This document shows positions 50,801-58,854 of a DNA stretch of 64,000 nucleotides, piece after piece. A program made the position numbers and the translations under genes. The DNA is taken from positions 26,882-90,881 of the forward strand of contig JAZNGB010000042.1 in assembly GCA_045576275.1 (NCBI GenBank), in the 5' to 3' direction. The stretch's first letter is position 1, and every line of letters begins with the position of its first letter. The stretch is from Acutalibacteraceae bacterium (GTDB lineage: Bacteria; Bacillota; Clostridia; Oscillospirales; Acutalibacteraceae). Under the pieces are notes generated by a model. It saw nothing but the letters and a program-made list of their open reading frames with translations. It was not told the DNA's origin and did no database searches.

Positions 50801-53766
50801 ATGGATATAACTGTATTGGGAATAATCAACTTTTTGATGAGTTCGTCATTCAGATATAAATTGAATGGATTGTTAACATGGGAATCAAATGCAATATTAC
50901 ACCATGCTGTCAAATCCTCAATATAAACAGCATCCAATGAATTACACCAGTAAAATGCACCATATCCTACACTTTGCACACTATTCGGTATGGAAACAGA
51001 TGTTAAGAAATCGCATTCATCAAATGCGTAATTCCCGATATGTGTTATACCTTCAGACATTTCAACTGTTTTAATAAGTTGACGAATTGAATACCACGGT
51101 GCGGCTTTATAAGAACTGGAATCATAATTCTTCATTGATCCGGTTCCGTAGATCGTCAACACCCGATTGCTGTCTAATTTCCATTTGAGATTGTTGCCGC
51201 AATTGCCGGAATAGTACACACGATATGGTGCTTCACCAAGAGATTCAAAAGTGTGATCATGTTTATCGGCATAGTCCTGTGCTGTCGAATTGTCATACCC
51301 TTTGATTACATTTGACGTAATAGTAAATGCACTGTTATCTATTAAACAAATGGGATTCAGAATGGTAATTGAATTCAATGCCGAACAACCCCAAAAAGCC
51401 TGATCTCCGATAGATGACACGCGAGCTGGAATAATGATAGATTCAAGAGCGCAGCAATGTTCAAAAGCATGATCTCCAACAGATTTTACACTTGCAGGAA
51501 GATAGTCTTTTATCATTATAATCGAAGAATCTTGAATTGCAGTGTCATCCGGAATGGTGGATTCATCTTTTTGAATGGTAGTTGATTCTGTTGATGTGCT
51601 TGTCTCTTTGTCATCTATAATCTCATTTGTTGAAGTTGGGTGCAAAACGGCATATTCTGCTGTAGCGGCTTGGGTTGCCAAAGGCTCTTCATAAACATGT
51701 GTTGCATCAGAATCGTTCAGGCTCGATGGATCATAAGGGTCGTGGTAAGTAAAGGATTCTTCAGCGGAATGTCCTGTATTCATAGTTGTTTCCGGCACTG
51801 AAAGTTCACCTTGTGGAGTTGTCAAATCATTGATTATAATACTCTCTAACAGGTTGCAATTGCTGAATGCATAGTTACCGATGGACGTAATTGCCGAAGA
51901 AAGGCTTAATGTTTTAATCTTATTTTTATAATTATTCCAAGGTGCACCTGTTGATGAAACATAATTCCACATATCTCCTGAGCCGGAAATTGTTAAAACA
52001 TATTCATTGTTGTATGTCCAGAACAGATTGTTTCCGCAGGTGCCGGAAGCGATGATTTTGGTGGCATAGGGGATGGGTTCACCGTCGGCGATTTTGGTGT
52101 TGCAGTCGAGGCAATAAGTGTCACCGGTGTAGCCGGGTGCGTCTTCGGTTGCTTCTCTTGCATCACGTACTTCCGTGCCGCCGACATGGTTGGTGAAGTC
52201 AAAGGGGATAACTTCGATGTAGCTGTCTTCGCATTCGCAGGTGTAAGTCTTCACACCCGTGGTGCAGCAGGTGGCAGCAAGGGTGACGGTAGAGGTGTAG
52301 GAATGCTCGTGTGTTGTTGGAGCACCCCCGAGGGAAACAAAGGTGCGGCCATACCTTTCGGCGTAAGCCTGCGCCGTGGAACAGGTGTAGCCGTAAATCG
52401 TCGCACCTTCATATATGGTAAATTCTATATAATAGATTTCACAATCCGGGTTCAGGATGGTGATCGATGTCAGCGAGGTACAGTTATAGAACGCAGAATC
52501 CCCGATGCTCGTCACGCTGTCAGGGATGGTAACCGAGGTCAGCGAATCGCAGTAGGAGAACGCAGAACCCCCGATGCTCGTCACACTGTCCGGGATGGAA
52601 TAGGTTGTTCTTTCATTGCCGATGGGATATTGAATGAGTGTTGTTTTATCTTTGTTGAACAAAACACCATATTCATCATTACTGTAATGTTTATTACCGG
52701 ATTCTACTGTAATTTCAGTCAGCGAGGTGCAGTTATTGAACGCCCAATGCCCGATGCTCGTCACGCTGTCCGGGATGGTGATCGAGGTCAGCGAGGTACA
52801 GCCGAGGAACGCATAATCCCCGATGCTCGTCAACCGGCTGTTCGCGGAAAAAGTGACCGAGGTCAGCGAGGTGCAGTGGTAGAACGCCCTATCCCCGATA
52901 CTTGTCACGCTGTCTCCGATGGTGACCGAGGTCAGCTTTGTGCAGTCCTCGAACGCAGAATCCCCGATGCTCGTCACGCTGTCCGGGATGGAATAGATTG
53001 TTCTTTCATTGCCGATGGGATATTGAATGAGTGTTGTTTTATCTTTGTTGAACAAAACACCATATTCATCATTACTGTAATGTTTATTACCGGATTCTAC
53101 TGTAATTTCAGTCAGCGAGGTACAACGACCGAACGCCTCATCCCCGATGCTCGTCACGCTGTCCGGGATGGTGACCGAGGTAAGCTTTGTGCAGTCCTGG
53201 AACGCATAACGCCCGATGCTCGTCACGCTGTCCGGGATGGTGACCGAGGTCAGCGAGGTGCAGTCGTAGAACGCGGCATACCCGATGCTTATCAACCGGC
53301 TGTTCGCGGAAAAAGTGACCGAGGGCAGCGAATCGCAGAAGGAGAACGCATAATACCCGATGCTCGCCACGCTGTCCGGGATGGTGACCGAGGTCAGCGA
53401 GGAGCCCCAGTAGAACGCATACTCCCCGATGCTCGTCACTCCGTTTTCAATGATCACTGTTTTGATTGCGCTACGGTTGGAATACCACGGAGCAGAAGAA
53501 GGTGATGAATAATTCCTCATTGCTCCTGTGCCTGCAATGGTCAGCAAGCCGTCGCTGTCGAGGGTGTAAGTCACATTGGTACCGCAGCTGCCGAATTTAA
53601 CAATAGTCGCGGCATCTGCCGAAAAATTGAAGTCAATGTCGGGTAAGTTCCATTCCGGCAGGTTGAGGTCGGGCCATTGCAGCCCCACAAAACCGCTCAG
53701 CGGTGCGGCGGTGAGGAACATTGCAACGACCAGGAAACATGCCAATGCTTTTTTGAATGTTTTCAT
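44893..53766 (-). CDS. Giant secreted BspA-type leucine-rich-repeat protein (about 2,957 aa) with an embedded TAXI solute-binding domain, Cys-rich modules, two dockerins and a cohesin-like module
   Basis: ATG at 53766 (MKTFKK) follows RBS aaggag. Signal peptide ALACFLVVAMFLTAAPLSG. Dozens of 22-23-aa repeats of the IPDSVTSIG..AF..C.SLTSV type. See the sub-features for domains. Confidence 0.9.
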   Translation of the reverse strand: MKTFKKALACFLVVAMFLTAAPLSGFVGLQWPDLNLPEWNLPDIDFNFSADAATIVKFGSCGTNVTYTLDSDGLLTIAGTGAMRNYSSPSSAPWYSNRSAIKTVIIENGVTSIGEYAFYWGSSLTSVTIPDSVASIGYYAFSFCDSLPSVTFSANSRLISIGYAAFYDCTSLTSVTIPDSVTSIGRYAFQDCTKLTSVTIPDSVTSIGDEAFGRCTSLTEITVESGNKHYSNDEYGVLFNKDKTTLIQYPIGNERTIYSIPDSVTSIGDSAFEDCTKLTSVTIGDSVTSIGDRAFYHCTSLTSVTFSANSRLTSIGDYAFLGCTSLTSITIPDSVTSIGHWAFNNCTSLTEITVESGNKHYSNDEYGVLFNKDKTTLIQYPIGNERTTYSIPDSVTSIGGSAFSYCDSLTSVTIPDSVTSIGDSAFYNCTSLTSITILNPDCEIYYIEFTIYEGATIYGYTCSTAQAYAERYGRTFVSLGGAPTTHEHSYTSTVTLAATCCTTGVKTYTCECEDSYIEVIPFDFTNHVGGTEVRDAREATEDAPGYTGDTYCLDCNTKIADGEPIPYATKIIASGTCGNNLFWTYNNEYVLTISGSGDMWNYVSSTGAPWNNYKNKIKTLSLSSAITSIGNYAFSNCNLLESIIINDLTTPQGELSVPETTMNTGHSAEESFTYHDPYDPSSLNDSDATHVYEEPLATQAATAEYAVLHPTSTNEIIDDKETSTSTESTTIQKDESTIPDDTAIQDSSIIMIKDYLPASVKSVGDHAFEHCCALESIIIPARVSSIGDQAFWGCSALNSITILNPICLIDNSAFTITSNVIKGYDNSTAQDYADKHDHTFESLGEAPYRVYYSGNCGNNLKWKLDSNRVLTIYGTGSMKNYDSSSYKAAPWYSIRQLIKTVEMSEGITHIGNYAFDECDFLTSVSIPNSVQSVGYGAFYWCNSLDAVYIEDLTAWCNIAFDSHVNNPFNLYLNDELIKKLIIPNTVISINNFAFKNCASITSVSVPSSVTNIGYSAFENCSSLKAVYITNLAAWCNIAFLNEFANPLSNAHYLYLNNIIVTKLNIPNSVTQIKQYAFHNNAAITHIDIPNSVKNIGQNAFSGCSSLTSINLPNSITSINENVFSGCIALVTVHIPSDVTSIGYSAFSGCTSLKSIDIPSNVTNIGSSAFSGCTSLTSIDIPSNVTNIGSSAFYGCTSLASIDIPSNVTSIRDATFSGCTSLASIDIPSNVTSIGSSAFYGCTSLATVTIPNKMTIINRAVFSNCTSLASVSIPISVKTIDYYAFYGCSALADVYYEGSAVNWDVVLINDYNNSLLNAEIHFGSYVEACEHVWNDGVIKVQPSCITEGIKVYTCTICKKTKTVSLPVNDAHIWNDGVVTIEPTYNKAGVKTYTCTLCGETKETLFFTNVDYVSPVRTGTGGTTGTYYAFTTAVGQILGTDNYKFEILSTGGSQVNIEMIEDGDIKMAIVQNDVMNYAYNGTNGFETPITSFSAVACVYPEVCQLIATKASGITSVADLAGKNVAVGDIGSGVYYNATQILAAAGLDIDTDINKITASFGDSATQLKDGSIDAAFITAGTPTTAITELATSTDVVVVELGEDVIANLQEQYSFYAKHEMTDKDYAFVTEPVNTVSIMATFVVSNDMPEEQVYEITKGLWEKVAGNTSIHPRAAQMDIANATAVGAVPLHPGAQRYYEEVGIPGNDDIISDSGSCGTNVTWKLTASGTLVISGMGAMDDYVSFSAIPWYNYRTSIKKIIIEDGVTTIGRMAFIGCSAVTSVSIASTVTAIGYSAFSGCSSLVSITLPDGLKTIGNSAFYCCSALKSIFIPASVIMIGSTVFYGCESLTDITVAETNAKYSSLYGVLYDKNKTVLICYPLGKTDATFVVPNGVVSISYFAFGNCKHLQSVTIADTVTVISYSAFSGCSALTEIILPDAVREIGSSAFFNCISLISISIGSGLRTIDTEAFYGCNNLKDVYYNGGEAEWNKIEIGSYNSCLLNAERHYKYINSGKFVTGQTWQILSDGTLVITGVGMLPDFTKDTAFFNQYNITKVVISEGITRIGNYMFYGCKTIVTIVIADSVTIIGSNAFENCTALVNVTLGSGITSISGFAFYNCVSITVIVIPDSVTVIGERAFGNCTGLINITLGKKVHTISAYAFYNCINITVIIIPNSVTVIGTGAFGNCSSLVEVTLGSNVTIIGSSAFYNCISIVVIVIPNSVTQIGDKAFGNCTALINITIGQNVSQLGDFVFYNCIRLEIIIVHHLNLYFSTDANGVLYNKNQTNLIYYPGGKTNTSFTIPNTVTHISIGAFAYCIHLTIIIMPISVVHIGDYAFDYCDHLTQIKYAGTQQEWNKITIGINISINITIIIYVNAYCRHENTTTLAAVAATCSETGLTEGKKCTDCGLILVAQSVIPKTEHTEELRNKKAPTDTEDGYTGDIYCSVCNQLLKQGVVIPAGTLLGDIDGDGRITAADSRQAMQYIVGLEPFTEVQKYCAEIEIDGKITPEDARYILRGAIGLENTADWPVEHTSFTTAEPQGSVRISQIANQSDNSITILVELIDCVGLTSWDLTLTDHNDILTVKTITIAEDAKNVDKSVHNSIYSVWNYDMQHVGYFRESLWTAEEFLADSNADYQCVVNSDEFKLLTFTLSADDARLLNHHLDLEISGELCFNGKRLPVSASLRTEPDKHITGELLYTVPGTCISNGYNVYLCAGCGDMFTVETNYDYSIHGGNTELRGTKTVSCLEDGYTGDLYCLACNTVVLQGCTIPAIGTHTWDIGTVIKEPTYDTEGTIRFICLLCKAEKTEILEKLERKFTDSDKAILRNNIVICLPYLHIADLVSQGDGVVFIDKNGKPLAADDYIGTGAVMTFEDGTQYYIVALGDVDGDGEVKGDGSVSSSDARSTLRNAVSLEEFTILQNIAADVDGSGKVDAADARLILRAAVNLEDPAQWLAKVAEH
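44932..45129 (-). other. C-terminal dockerin module
   Basis: Two Ca-binding loop/helix repeats: GDVDGDGEVKGDGSVSSSDARSTLRNAV and ADVDGSGKVDAADARLILRAAV. Confidence 0.75.
45721..46155 (-). other. Cohesin-like beta-sandwich module (tentative)
   Basis: About 145 aa between the two dockerins. It starts SVRISQIANQSDNSITILVELIDCVGLTSWDLTLTDHNDILTV, which resembles the cohesin pattern V.V.....G..V.V.V.L....G......L.YD...L. Confidence 0.4.
46213..46395 (-). other. Internal dockerin module
   Basis: GDIDGDGRITAADSRQAMQYIVGL ... EIEIDGKITPEDARYILRGAIGL. Confidence 0.75.
48670..49527 (-). other. Complete TAXI-family TRAP-transporter solute-binding domain embedded in the LRR protein
   Basis: VRTGTGGTTGTYYAF...GGSQVNIEMIEDGDIKMAIVQNDVMNYAY...VYPEVCQLIATKASGITSVADLAGKNVAVGDIGSGVYYNATQILAAAG...LKDGSIDAAFITAGTPTTAITELA...AVPLHPGAQRYYEE. 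This follows the TAXI (TIGR02122-type) consensus end to end, from memory. Confidence 0.85.
50040..50385 (-). repeat. Five near-identical tandem 69-bp (23-aa) LRR units
   Basis: gctcgtcacattgctcggaatatcaatcgatgcgagtgaagtgca recurs with a 69-nt period. It encodes IDIPSNVTNIGSSAF(S/Y)GCTSL(T/A)S. Confidence 0.8.
52400..53450 (-). repeat. About 2.7 tandem copies of a 393-bp (131-aa) unit, with long identical stretches
   Basis: The roughly 140-bp stretch gggatggaatag(g/a)ttgttctttcattgccgatgggatattgaatgag...tgtaatttcagtcagcgaggt occurs at about 52592-52732 and 52985-53125. Flanking LRR units are also highly similar. Confidence 0.8.
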
Positions 53767-53855
53767 TTTGCACAAACTCCTTTTTTGATCGGAAAAAGAA
53801 AACTGCTTTTCCGAATATTTTTATGCAGGTTTGTAAAATATAATAAACCAATTTA

Positions 53856-53884
53856 AATTTACAACAATAAAGCAATAATGTCAA
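53856..53884 (-). promoter_or_regulatory. Candidate sigma-A promoter of the giant LRR gene
   Basis: On the minus strand, TTGACA (53884-53879), 17-bp spacer, TAAATT (53861-53856). Confidence 0.5.
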
Positions 53885-53916
53885 CCGACTTTCTGTTTTT
53901 TTGTTAATACATAATG

Positions 53917-53957
53917 AAAAAGGATTCAACCATCTGTGCAAGATGATGAATCCTTTT
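53917..53957 (-). terminator. Terminator-like hairpin after the PHP gene
   Basis: Stem aaaaggattca / tgaatcctttt with a short T-run on the minus strand. Confidence 0.6.
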
Positions 53958-53970
53958 GTTTTTGCTTTAT

Positions 53971-55305
53971 TTACCTGTCAGCATTTCCTTGTTTTCTTGC
54001 TTTCATCAGGCGGATGCGGTAGGGGATTTCGCCCAGCAGACCGCCGACGGCAAGCACAACGCGGTTGCTCTTTCTGCGAAGTGCCTTGAGAGCTTTGATG
54101 TCTTCTTCGCTCACTTTGTGGGGTTTGGGCGGTGTACCGTCGTCAAGGGTGATTGCCTGTGTCAGGCAGATGCCGTGTTCGGACGATGCCTGCATTCTGA
54201 CATAGAGGAAATCTTCCGCACCGTCAACGGTGTCAAGGTCAAGGGTAAAGGTGCCGCTTGGCTGTATGGTGTCAAATTTTTCTTCTTTGATCACTTTGCC
54301 GTTTGCAACCCACAGAATGCGGTCAAAATCAGTGGCAGAAACGGTGATGCTGTGGTCTTTGGTTTCAATGCGGTCAAACAACGGTACGGGGCCGGGAGTG
54401 TTGCGTTTGTCCATGTCCTGTTCGGGACCGAATGTTTCGTCCGCACGGATGATGCGTGTCACACACAGGGAAGTACCGGCTTTCATGGCGGTCTTGACAT
54501 TTTCGAGTGTCAGATCGGGCATGAAGAAATAACAGAACGACGAGTCCACATCACGTTCGATGTGCATATCTCCGTTGCTGAATGCAATCACCTTTTTGCC
54601 GTGCGGAAGACAGTACTGCAGCACATGGTCCCACAGATGTCTGTCCCAGGGGGTTGAAGAGTTCTTTTCGTTGAAGACTTCCATCCCCAGACAGGTCGGG
54701 TATTTCAGCAAAATGTTGCCGAAGTAGTGAATCATGAACGGGTCGTGGATCTTATTTTTGTCGTTGTTCGTGTTCAGCCAGCTGCCGGGGTGATTCATGA
54801 ATGAAACACCGCCGTTTTCTTCGACCGCTTTTACTGCACCTTCGTAGTCGTTCTCCTTGCCGCCGAACATCTCGCATCCTTTCATGAAAAAGCCGTTGAC
54901 ATGGGGTTTTGTGGCGGTCAGATTGCACATTTCATTGCCGCCCGGCACACAGAGCATACCTTTGCCACGGGGATTGCCGTCGGGCAGCGGATAGGTGCCG
55001 TTTGCGATTGCGTTGCTGTCTTCGGTAGAAAACCAATGCAGTTTATAATGCCGCATGGCACGAAATGCTCTGTAAAGAAGCGGTTTGGACGGACATTCGT
55101 CCCAGTTTCTGCCGGTAACACCGTGGTCGGTCATGGCAAGAAAATCAAAATCACGGTTGTAGTAGGCGAGAATGGCATCGGTCAGATCCATTTCGCCGTC
55201 GCTTACGATTGAATGCGTGTGCAGATTGCCTTTGTAGCGTTTCCATGCATTGCTGCCATCCCAGATAATGTTCTCATAAGGAGAAACAAGACGGTAATTC
55301 TTCAT
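53971..55305 (-). CDS. PHP-domain phosphoesterase, paralogous to 1606-3147
   Basis: YENIIWDG..W.RYKGNLHTHSIVSDGEMDL....YY.RDFDFLAMTDHG mirrors NPYANVNWD...YKADLHCHTNASDGNDTL...FDALAISDHG. Also has MNHPG. Confidence 0.75.
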   Translation of the reverse strand: MKNYRLVSPYENIIWDGSNAWKRYKGNLHTHSIVSDGEMDLTDAILAYYNRDFDFLAMTDHGVTGRNWDECPSKPLLYRAFRAMRHYKLHWFSTEDSNAIANGTYPLPDGNPRGKGMLCVPGGNEMCNLTATKPHVNGFFMKGCEMFGGKENDYEGAVKAVEENGGVSFMNHPGSWLNTNNDKNKIHDPFMIHYFGNILLKYPTCLGMEVFNEKNSSTPWDRHLWDHVLQYCLPHGKKVIAFSNGDMHIERDVDSSFCYFFMPDLTLENVKTAMKAGTSLCVTRIIRADETFGPEQDMDKRNTPGPVPLFDRIETKDHSITVSATDFDRILWVANGKVIKEEKFDTIQPSGTFTLDLDTVDGAEDFLYVRMQASSEHGICLTQAITLDDGTPPKPHKVSEEDIKALKALRRKSNRVVLAVGGLLGEIPYRIRLMKARKQGNADR

Positions 55306-55441
55306 AACGGCCTCCGTTTTCGCTTGAAAAAAATTTACATGTATGTTAAAATTATAGCGATTTTTCAGAAAGGTATGATATTGTCATTTTAGCATATTGT
55401 TTGTCTGAATGCAATTATAAAATGACGAAAGGAAGACAAGA

Positions 55442-56365
55442 ATGAAACTGCGGCACTTGTTTTTGCCGATTTTACTTTGTATATGTTTATGTTTTGGCGG
55501 ATGTCAGATTGCAGATACCGTTTTGTCAAATCTTCGCCGTGTATTTGGTCCGCAGGAAACAACAAGACCTTATTACATAGAAGACAGCAACGGTTTGGTG
55601 ATTCCGAATTATGATATCAGCACGGCACCTTATGATACTTCTTTGTTTGTTTCGGATGAAGAGGATCGCATGACGTATGCCGATGCTGTTGTGCAAACAC
55701 AACTCGGTATTGATGTTTCCGCATGGCAAGGTGAAATTGATTGGCAGGCGGTAGCTGATGACGGAATTGATTTTGCCATTCTGCGTGCGGTTGTGCGTGG
55801 TTGGGGTGCTAACGGTTTGTTATCGGAAGATGAACGCATCAGGGAAAATCTTGAAGGTGCCACACAGGCAGGTCTTGATGTCGGTGTCTATGTGTTTTCG
55901 CAAGCCATAACCGTGCAGGAAGCTTTGGAAGAAGCGGAATTGGTTTTGCAGATTGTTGAAGGCTATGACATAACATATCCGATCGTTTTTGACTGGGAGA
56001 AATATCCCGATGAACCGACTTCGAGAACGCTGCATTTGCCTTCCGAAACCCTGAATGCCTGTGCACAGGCTTTTTGTTCGCGCATTGAACAGGCAGGATA
56101 TGATGCAATGATTTATATCAATCTTGAGTTCGGTTATTATGAATATGACCTTGAACACTTGCAAGATTATGATTTATGGCTGTCACAATATGCCGACAAG
56201 CCGACATATTATTACCGGTATACAATGTGGCAATATTCAAGAACAGGTACCGTCGCAGGCATCAACGGGAATGTTGATATGAATATTTGCCTCTATGATT
56301 ACACAGCAGAATCTGCTGCAACAGAAACTGCAATTACAGAGCAGATAACAGGAGGAGAATCATGA
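55442..56365 (+). CDS. GH25 lysozyme (muramidase), probable lipoprotein
   Basis: Signal with ...LCFGGCQ, and the GH25 motif LGIDVSAWQGEIDWQAVADDGIDFAILRAV. Confidence 0.9.
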   Translation: MKLRHLFLPILLCICLCFGGCQIADTVLSNLRRVFGPQETTRPYYIEDSNGLVIPNYDISTAPYDTSLFVSDEEDRMTYADAVVQTQLGIDVSAWQGEIDWQAVADDGIDFAILRAVVRGWGANGLLSEDERIRENLEGATQAGLDVGVYVFSQAITVQEALEEAELVLQIVEGYDITYPIVFDWEKYPDEPTSRTLHLPSETLNACAQAFCSRIEQAGYDAMIYINLEFGYYEYDLEHLQDYDLWLSQYADKPTYYYRYTMWQYSRTGTVAGINGNVDMNICLYDYTAESAATETAITEQITGGES

Positions 56366-57165
56366 TTACACTTTCGAATTTGCACACACACAGTCATTTT
56401 TCAGATGGAAAGAATACCCCACGCGAAGTAGTGGAGGCGGCTGTTGAAAAAGGTTTTTCCGTGTTGGGTTTTTCTGATCACGGGTATACCGATTTCGATT
56501 ACACTTATTGTATGCACAGCGAAAGACTTGAGAATTACAAACCTGCCATCCGTGCTTTGCAGGCGGAATATGCCGACCGTATCAAAGTGTTGTGCGGTGT
56601 TGAGCATGATTATTTCGGTCCTGCATCCGCTTATGAGGGATACGATTATTTTATAGGTTCCGTTCATTATGTCATCGGAAACGGGATTTATTATCCTATT
56701 GATGAAAGTGCAGCAAAAACACAGGCTTGCATCGATGACGGTTTCGGAGGAGATAAAAACGAGTTCAGCCGTTCTTACTATGATAGTGTTGTAAAATGTG
56801 CACAGCTGAAACCGCTGTTTTTGGGACATTTTGATCTGATCACAAAGCACGGAGTTCCGGATGAAAGTGACCCGAAATACAGAAAGATCGCATTGGAAGC
56901 AATGGATGCGGTGCTTGAGACGGGTGTTCCTATTGAGGTCAACACGGGTGCAATGGCACGTGGGGTTACAACGTTGCCGTATCCGTCCGATTTTTTGATG
57001 CGTCGCATTGCAGAAAAGAAAGGGTATGTAACCCTCGGCAGCGATTGCCACGATTGCACAAAACTTGAATATGCTTTTGATTTTGCATTGGAGTGTTTGC
57101 GCAACTGCGGCATAAAAAGTGTGCTTGTCTATGATGGTGAACGCTTCGTAGAAGAAGGAATATAA
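56362..57165 (+). CDS. HisJ-family histidinol-phosphatase-like PHP protein
   Basis: NLHTHSHFSDGKNTPREVVEAAVEKGFSVLGFSDHGY and later GSVHY, GHFD and GSDCH. 4-nt overlap with the GH25 gene. Confidence 0.75.
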   Translation: MITLSNLHTHSHFSDGKNTPREVVEAAVEKGFSVLGFSDHGYTDFDYTYCMHSERLENYKPAIRALQAEYADRIKVLCGVEHDYFGPASAYEGYDYFIGSVHYVIGNGIYYPIDESAAKTQACIDDGFGGDKNEFSRSYYDSVVKCAQLKPLFLGHFDLITKHGVPDESDPKYRKIALEAMDAVLETGVPIEVNTGAMARGVTTLPYPSDFLMRRIAEKKGYVTLGSDCHDCTKLEYAFDFALECLRNCGIKSVLVYDGERFVEEGI

Positions 57166-57334
57166 GAAATAAAAGCAGATAGAAAAACAGCTTGGACATT
57201 TTTTAATGTTCAGGCTCTTTTTTTTGCCCAAAAATGATTGTTTTTGAGGACAGGCTGTGACAGTATTTTTATCTTTCCTGTAGTACAATACCAATACTCT
57301 TTATGTGTTCGATATTGAAAAAGGGGGAATTGGA

Positions 57335-57649
57335 ATGGCTGTCAGAATGATTCCGCAAGGGACAAGCCTTTATGCATTTTTGGAAGGGGAGATTGATCAT
57401 CATTCGGCAGCTTTTTTGCGTACTGCCATTGATGAAGCACTGGTGCAATCGTGTCCATTGGAGTTAGTGCTGGATTTTTCGGGGGTGACTTTTATGGACA
57501 GTTCGGGGATCGGACTTATCATGGGCCGTTTTCGAGCTGCAAAAGCACAAAACTGCAATGTGCGAGTCATGAATGTCAAAGAACGGGATTTGCGGTTGAT
57601 GAAAATGTCCGGACTTGCAAAAATAGTAGAATTCGGAGTGTGTGTATAG
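57335..57649 (+). CDS. spoIIAA: Anti-sigma-F factor antagonist SpoIIAA (STAS)
   Basis: Start at MAVRM. LDFSGVTFMDSSGIGLIMGR holds the phosphorylatable Ser context DSSG. Position upstream of spoIIAB-sigF. Confidence 0.85.
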   Translation: MAVRMIPQGTSLYAFLEGEIDHHSAAFLRTAIDEALVQSCPLELVLDFSGVTFMDSSGIGLIMGRFRAAKAQNCNVRVMNVKERDLRLMKMSGLAKIVEFGVCV

Positions 57650-58084
57650 ATGAAAAAAGGGTATAACGAACTGAAAATGACCGTTGATGCGAAGAGCATT
57701 AACGAGGGTTTTTGCCGTGCTGCTGTCGGTGCTTTTATTGCACAGCTTGATCCGACGGTGGAAGAATTAAGTGATATCAAAACCGCTGTCAGTGAGGCGG
57801 TGACAAATTGTATCGTACACGCATACAATGAGCAACCCGGAAAAATATACATACAGGTCAGAATAACGGACGGCGTTTATGCAGAAGTGAAAATCAGAGA
57901 CACGGGATGCGGCATTGCTGATATCGAAAAAGCACGCCAACCGCTTTATACCTCTTTGGGCGGTGAACGCAGCGGTTTGGGATTTACGGTTATGGAGAGC
58001 TTTTGTGATGTGTTGCGGGTTCGCTCAAAACCGGGACAGGGAACGACGGTCGTTATCGAAAAAAGAATATTCGGGAAGCGATAA
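57650..58084 (+). CDS. spoIIAB: Anti-sigma F factor (serine kinase) SpoIIAB
   Basis: HATPase_c motifs AVSEAVTNCIVHAY (N-box), DTGCGI and ERSGLGFTVM. Confidence 0.9.
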   Translation: MKKGYNELKMTVDAKSINEGFCRAAVGAFIAQLDPTVEELSDIKTAVSEAVTNCIVHAYNEQPGKIYIQVRITDGVYAEVKIRDTGCGIADIEKARQPLYTSLGGERSGLGFTVMESFCDVLRVRSKPGQGTTVVIEKRIFGKR

Positions 58085-58087
58085 AAG

Positions 58088-58741
58088 TTGTCAAATGTAA
58101 CAGATCGGTTTATAGAGGAAAACCTCGGACTCGTACATTCGTGTGCCAATCGGTTCCGTGGTCGCGGTGTGGAATATGAAGATCTTTTTCAGGCAGGTTG
58201 TGTCGGTCTGGTTAAGGCTGCAAACGGATTTGATGCAAGTTTGGGTTTTGCTTTTTCTACCTATGCCGTCCCTGCGATATTGGGAGAAATAAAACGCATT
58301 TTTCGTGACGGCGGAGCCATCAAGGTTGGTCGTGCCGCAAAAGAAAAGGCACGTCATCTGATGAAAATTCGCGATGCTCTTGCTGTTGAACTGGATCGTG
58401 AACCGACCATTGAGGAGATTGCCGATATTGCACAGATGGATACGGCAGAAACGTCACTTTTGATTTGTGCATCATTGCCGTTGCAATCTTTGACATCAGG
58501 CGAAGACGGAGAATCACAAACGGATATTCCCGTGCCGGCTCCCGAGGAGGATATTACGGATAAACTTGCCTTGCGGGATGCTTTGCTAAAGTTAGAGGCT
58601 TGGGAACGGGAGCTGATTGAACGACGGTATTTTTCCCGGCAAACACAAAGTGTCACCGCTGAAGCGATGGGAATGTCGCAAGTGCAGGTGTCCAGAAAAG
58701 AAAAAGCAATTTTATTGAAGTTGCGAGGATTGATCAATTAA
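58088..58741 (+). CDS. sigF: Sporulation sigma factor SigF (short form, TTG start)
   Basis: An in-frame stop at 58082 forces a start at or after 58085, so TTG at 58088. Regions 2-4: LVHSCANRF, EDLFQAGCVGLVKAANGFD, FSTYAVPAILGEIKRIFRD, AEAMGMSQVQVSRKEK. Confidence 0.85.
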   Translation: MSNVTDRFIEENLGLVHSCANRFRGRGVEYEDLFQAGCVGLVKAANGFDASLGFAFSTYAVPAILGEIKRIFRDGGAIKVGRAAKEKARHLMKIRDALAVELDREPTIEEIADIAQMDTAETSLLICASLPLQSLTSGEDGESQTDIPVPAPEEDITDKLALRDALLKLEAWERELIERRYFSRQTQSVTAEAMGMSQVQVSRKEKAILLKLRGLIN

Positions 58742-58854
58742 ACTGTCGTTTTTTTGTGTCATATTTGTTTTGTTTTAGTATAAAAAGACTCTTTCTTTTT
58801 GAAACGCAATGTGCTACAATGTCCGCATTGTGCTGTAAGGAAGGTTTTTTTTTG

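Noticed and set aside
52186-53505. 439-aa plus-strand ORF (also 48706-49680, 46981-47781 and 54901-55212) antisense to the LRR and PHP genes
   Set aside because: These are in-register shadow ORFs created by local codon bias. Their products are repetitive nonsense such as RGAVIERPMPDARHAVRDGDRGQ. The minus-strand frame encodes coherent LRR and TAXI domains.
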